Below are positions 16,886-20,000 of a stretch of DNA of 20,000 nucleotides, piece by piece. Where the stretch lies: the sequence record SRR20825010_6182. The stretch is one strand, 5' to 3'. Position 1 is the first letter of the stretch; every line of letters begins with the position of its first letter. The notes under the pieces were generated by a model. The model searched no databases, was not told the origin of the DNA, and saw only the letters and a program-made list of their open reading frames with translations. The translations under genes were made by a program, and so were the position numbers.

Positions 16886-18277
16886 ATGAAAAGAAGAAAA
16901 TTCATCACAGTTACAAGTACTTCTGCTATTGCAGTTACTGGAGTTTCACCTTTATTAACGTGGGCTTGTAGTGAACCTAAATCAAGTGCTACTTTGCTGA
17001 AAGAACAGGCTTTGTTAGCTTTTAAAAGATTTGAAGAAGTTTGGGATTTTCAAGATTTTTGGAAGAGGGGAAATACCTTCGACGCCTGTTTGGTTTTTGT
17101 AGAAGCCCTGCAACAACGTTGGCCGAAGGATAAGGAAGTTGAAGCAATACAAGAAAAAGTGGGGGAAATGTTGAAGGAAAACCTAACTTTTTTTAAAAGC
17201 TACGACCCTGGAACACTTTGGGCAGATGATTTTGGTTGGTGGGGTCTACTGGCACTCAATGCGCGCAAGCACCTTCTGCGAATAGGGGACATGGAACTAG
17301 CCGATAAATACCTAAAATTGTCAACCGATCTATGTTGGGAATACAAAAGGAAAACTGCCTATGACCATACGGATGCTGCCAGACCTGTTTTACATGGTTG
17401 TAGAAATGGAGATGCAAATGGGGATAGTTTGGGCGTTAAGAACACTGTTACCAATGTTTTGTTGTTCTTGCTTTCCTCACGAATTTATCGCCTGTCATTG
17501 ACCGAAAATATAAATGACAACGACAAATATTTAGATATGGCCTACCGCCAGTGGGTATGGTTCAATGAGTGGTTCAAATTAACTGAATACCGATATTTAA
17601 AAGAACTATCTACTTCGGGCGCTTTAGTTCAAGAACGACCCATGGCATTTTTTGAAGGGTCTACGTATCAAGAAAAAACACACCCCACTTGGGCCGAGGG
17701 TTGGGTGTGGACAGGCGACCAAGGAATGTTGGTTGCCGCTTTGACCGATATGTTAGCGATTAAAAATGAGTTGTCTACCTATCTTACAACAAATAATATA
17801 GATTCCAATTTTGACTTAAAAGCCTATGAATCTAGATTAAAGGATATCATAAAGTCAATAGGCAAAGGTGTTAAAAATGCCATGGTCGCTAATGTGGACG
17901 GCATTATCCGTGAGGCACCATGCCTTCCTAGCTTTGGACCCGAACATGGAAGGGATTACCTCGCCGGCCGTGGTATTATGATGCGATATTTAGGCAGCGA
18001 TGAAGCAAGAGCTCTAATAAATGTTGACCTGACTGGAAATATTGAAAAAACTTTAGCTGCCATTTGGAGTACACGTGATTTAGCAACCAATCAGTTTCAA
18101 CCCGAATTTACGAGCCTACAAAATGATAAGCTTTATGTGGAGCAGTTCCGAAAACTTTGGGGCTTTGCCGATGATGTGTATCAATGGGATATAGAATCGA
18201 TGAAAGAGAAAAATAAAAATGGAGTGTGCCAGTCCATAGGGCTCGACCTCATTGGTGCTGCTATTAAAGGAATGTGA
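16886..18277 (+). CDS. GH76-like (alpha/alpha)6 glycoside hydrolase, Tat-exported lipoprotein
   Basis: KRRKFI twin-arginine motif and lipobox TWAC (Cys28). [10 protein letters not shown] resembles the GH76 catalytic DD motif, KNTVTN resembles KNAIxN, and WTGDQG resembles WTYNQG. Confidence 0.7.
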   Translation: MKRRKFITVTSTSAIAVTGVSPLLTWACSEPKSSATLLKEQALLAFKRFEEVWDFQDFWKRGNTFDACLVFVEALQQRWPKDKEVEAIQEKVGEMLKENLTFFKSYDPGTLWADDFGWWGLLALNARKHLLRIGDMELADKYLKLSTDLCWEYKRKTAYDHTDAARPVLHGCRNGDANGDSLGVKNTVTNVLLFLLSSRIYRLSLTENINDNDKYLDMAYRQWVWFNEWFKLTEYRYLKELSTSGALVQERPMAFFEGSTYQEKTHPTWAEGWVWTGDQGMLVAALTDMLAIKNELSTYLTTNNIDSNFDLKAYESRLKDIIKSIGKGVKNAMVANVDGIIREAPCLPSFGPEHGRDYLAGRGIMMRYLGSDEARALINVDLTGNIEKTLAAIWSTRDLATNQFQPEFTSLQNDKLYVEQFRKLWGFADDVYQWDIESMKEKNKNGVCQSIGLDLIGAAIKGM

Positions 18278-18298
18278 AATTAAAGGAAATAGGTAAGA

Positions 18299-19240
18299 AT
18301 GAAAATTAATTATAACCTCTTTTTGGCAGCGATGGTTTTATCGCTAATAGTCTCCTCAGCCACAGTATATGCACAAAAAAAAGAAACGAATTTCGAAGGA
18401 CGTTGGGATATGACAATCGATCACAATGGCAATTATGCTTCATCATGGTTGGAGATAAAGCCTTGGGGGTATACAAAAGTGGGGACATTTTTACATACAG
18501 GAGGATATCCTAGACCACTTTCAGAAATAAATATAAAGGACGATTACTTTTATTTCTCGGTCCCATGGGAATCAGAGAAAAGAAAACTTAAATTGGAAGG
18601 TAGGATCAATGGCGATAGTTTACAAGGTGAAATTCACTACCCCGATGGTAAAAAGTACCATTGGTCCGCGGTTAGGGCCCCAGAGCTTCCATATGTTAAA
18701 AACCCCGCTTGGGGTACGCCTATAGTACTATTCAATGGTGAAAACTTGGAGGGTTGGCACACTAGGGGAAATAATCAGTGGGTTGCAGAATCTGGAATCT
18801 TAAAGAGTCCCAAAGCTGGGTCTAACCTAATTAGTGATATGGAGTTTATGGATTTTAAACTGCATTTGGAATTTAGGTATCCAGAACATGGAAACAGTGG
18901 GGTATATCTTCGAGGAAGATATGAAGTCCAGATTTTCGACAGTAAGGGAATGAGGCCGTCCAGTGATCAATTCGGAAGTATTTTTGGTTTTTTGGAGCCC
19001 AATGAAATGGTTGCTAAAGGTCCAGGTGAATGGCAAACCCTGGATATTACTTTGGTTGGCAGGAGGGTTACTATTGAGTCCAATGGATCTATAATAATCA
19101 ATGACCAGCGAATACCAGCTATTACAGGTGGGGCATTGGATAGCAAAGAAGATGAGCCCGGTCCATTTATGCTTCAAGGAGATCATCATCCTATCGAATT
19201 CAGAAATATAATTGTCACACCCATGGTTACAGGTATGTAA
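18299..19240 (+). CDS. DUF1080 (3-keto-glycoside hydrolase/hydratase-like) protein, secreted
   Basis: Signal peptide and an N-terminal beta domain (GRWDMT). DUF1080 motifs LFNGENLEGW, DFKLHLEF, GNSGVYLRGRYEVQI, GEWQT and LQGDH..IEFRNI. Confidence 0.9.
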   Translation: MKINYNLFLAAMVLSLIVSSATVYAQKKETNFEGRWDMTIDHNGNYASSWLEIKPWGYTKVGTFLHTGGYPRPLSEINIKDDYFYFSVPWESEKRKLKLEGRINGDSLQGEIHYPDGKKYHWSAVRAPELPYVKNPAWGTPIVLFNGENLEGWHTRGNNQWVAESGILKSPKAGSNLISDMEFMDFKLHLEFRYPEHGNSGVYLRGRYEVQIFDSKGMRPSSDQFGSIFGFLEPNEMVAKGPGEWQTLDITLVGRRVTIESNGSIIINDQRIPAITGGALDSKEDEPGPFMLQGDHHPIEFRNIIVTPMVTGM

Positions 19241-19415
19241 TGTCTAGTAAAATAGGAACAAGCTTTAACATCAAGTTCTCAACTTCTGAATTGTAAATAT
19301 TTAAAATAGATGGGAAATTTTAAGTTTTATTCGAGATGAAAGAAAGGTCACAAACCTGTATTTCAAAGTATGTTTTAAACAATGTAGATTTGGTTTTAAC
19401 TGCGTTACAATGAAC

Positions 19416-19450
19416 AAGGCCTTCAAAAGATTGAAGGCTTTTTTGTTTTT
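19416..19450 (+). terminator. Intrinsic terminator
   Basis: GCCTTCAA (19419-19426), AAGA loop, TTGAAGGC (19431-19438), then TTTTTTGTTTTT. Confidence 0.8.
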
Positions 19451-19455
19451 AGATG

Positions 19456-19475
19456 GGTACAACAGAGGTACAACA
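19456..19475. repeat. Direct repeat GGTACAACA x2, 11-bp period
   Basis: GGTACAACA at 19456-19464 and 19467-19475. Confidence 0.6.
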
Positions 19476-19481
19476 AAGGGA

Positions 19482-19880
19482 TCAAGTACGATTTCTAGGT
19501 ATTTGGTTATTTATGCAAACAATTGTGCTCCTGGTTATAAAATAGTTCAGGATAGATCTATAGTTGAGCGATATCGTGTTTGCAATAGTGTTGAAGGCCC
19601 TAAAGCCGGTGTTTTCCACATCTTTGTACCAATGTGCCAGTTTTGTATATGCCGTTTGAATTGAAGTTGCCGTATTGAATATGTTCCTGAGTCCTTGGAC
19701 CAGGTCAAAGGCAGTCTTTATATCGGGGTATTGATCGAACAATATCCAGCTTCTTTCGGATTGGTTCCGGGTCCAATTGTTGGGCGATTTATAAAGTAGG
19801 TGCCTACTTCTGGCCAAGAGTTGTTTTTTGGTGTCCCCATTGCCAAATTCTTTTGGGACGAAGGCCCAGTTCTTTGCATC
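19482..19880 (-). pseudogene. ISL3-family (ISAon1-like) transposase internal fragment
   Basis: Minus frame reads AKNWAFVPKEFGNGDTKKQLLARSRHLLYKSPNNWT..Q..R...LF.QYPDIK...KLAHWY...F.TIANTI..NY.SILNYF..RST. An in-frame TAA lies just upstream (19881-19883). Similarity stops near 19524, before the expected NAxAESFN catalytic-Glu motif. No inverted repeats seen. Confidence 0.85.
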
Positions 19881-20000
19881 TTATTTCTAAATCCTATCTC
19901 AAGTTTTCCATAACCTTAAAAACATCACTATATTGTTGAAACATCAGGTTGAATGCCAAATCAATAAATAATGGAATCTGTGGCTATTTTCGGAAGGTCG

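Noticed and set aside
867-19189. Numerous 60-120 aa ORFs nested in or antisense to the long + strand genes
   Set aside because: All overlap well-supported CDSs and show no family motifs, so they are treated as chance ORFs.
19381-19412. Possible tRNA 3'-end remnant before the terminator
   Set aside because: No GGTTCGAATCC T-arm or cloverleaf, so it is too degenerate to call.
19410-19664. 84-aa + strand ORF
   Set aside because: Runs through a terminator hairpin and antisense to the transposase remnant, with no motif.
19961-19999. Possible 3' end of a minus-strand gene (DLPKIATDSIIY*)
   Set aside because: Only 12 codons are visible, which is not enough to support a call.
1-20000. CRISPR arrays, rRNA/tRNA genes, riboswitches, defence or toxin-antitoxin systems, local transcription regulator
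   Set aside because: No repeat-spacer arrays, structured-RNA signatures or matching protein motifs were seen. A regulator may lie upstream of susC, outside the window.

Overview
AT-rich Bacteroidota (Flavobacteriaceae-like) polysaccharide-utilization locus, almost entirely on the + strand. It starts with the 3' end of a SusC-like TonB-dependent receptor and a SusD-like lipoprotein. Two divergent GH38-like glycosidases then bracket a ~9 kb block of mostly cytoplasmic catabolic genes: two paralogous cupin-like proteins (one lacking the metal ligands), an RraA/HMG-aldolase-family protein, an MFS sugar porter, a glucose-1-dehydrogenase-like SDR, a solute-binding-fold protein with no signal peptide, an enoyl-CoA hydratase, a lactonase, a family III CoA-transferase and a UxuA-family dehydratase. 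A Tat-lipoprotein GH76-like protein and a DUF1080 protein follow. The locus ends at a terminator, a short direct repeat and an ISL3-family transposase remnant. The most notable element is the embedded kinase-free, CoA-linked sugar-acid module, which matches no pathway I can name. All family calls come from motif recognition by eye, not from database searches.
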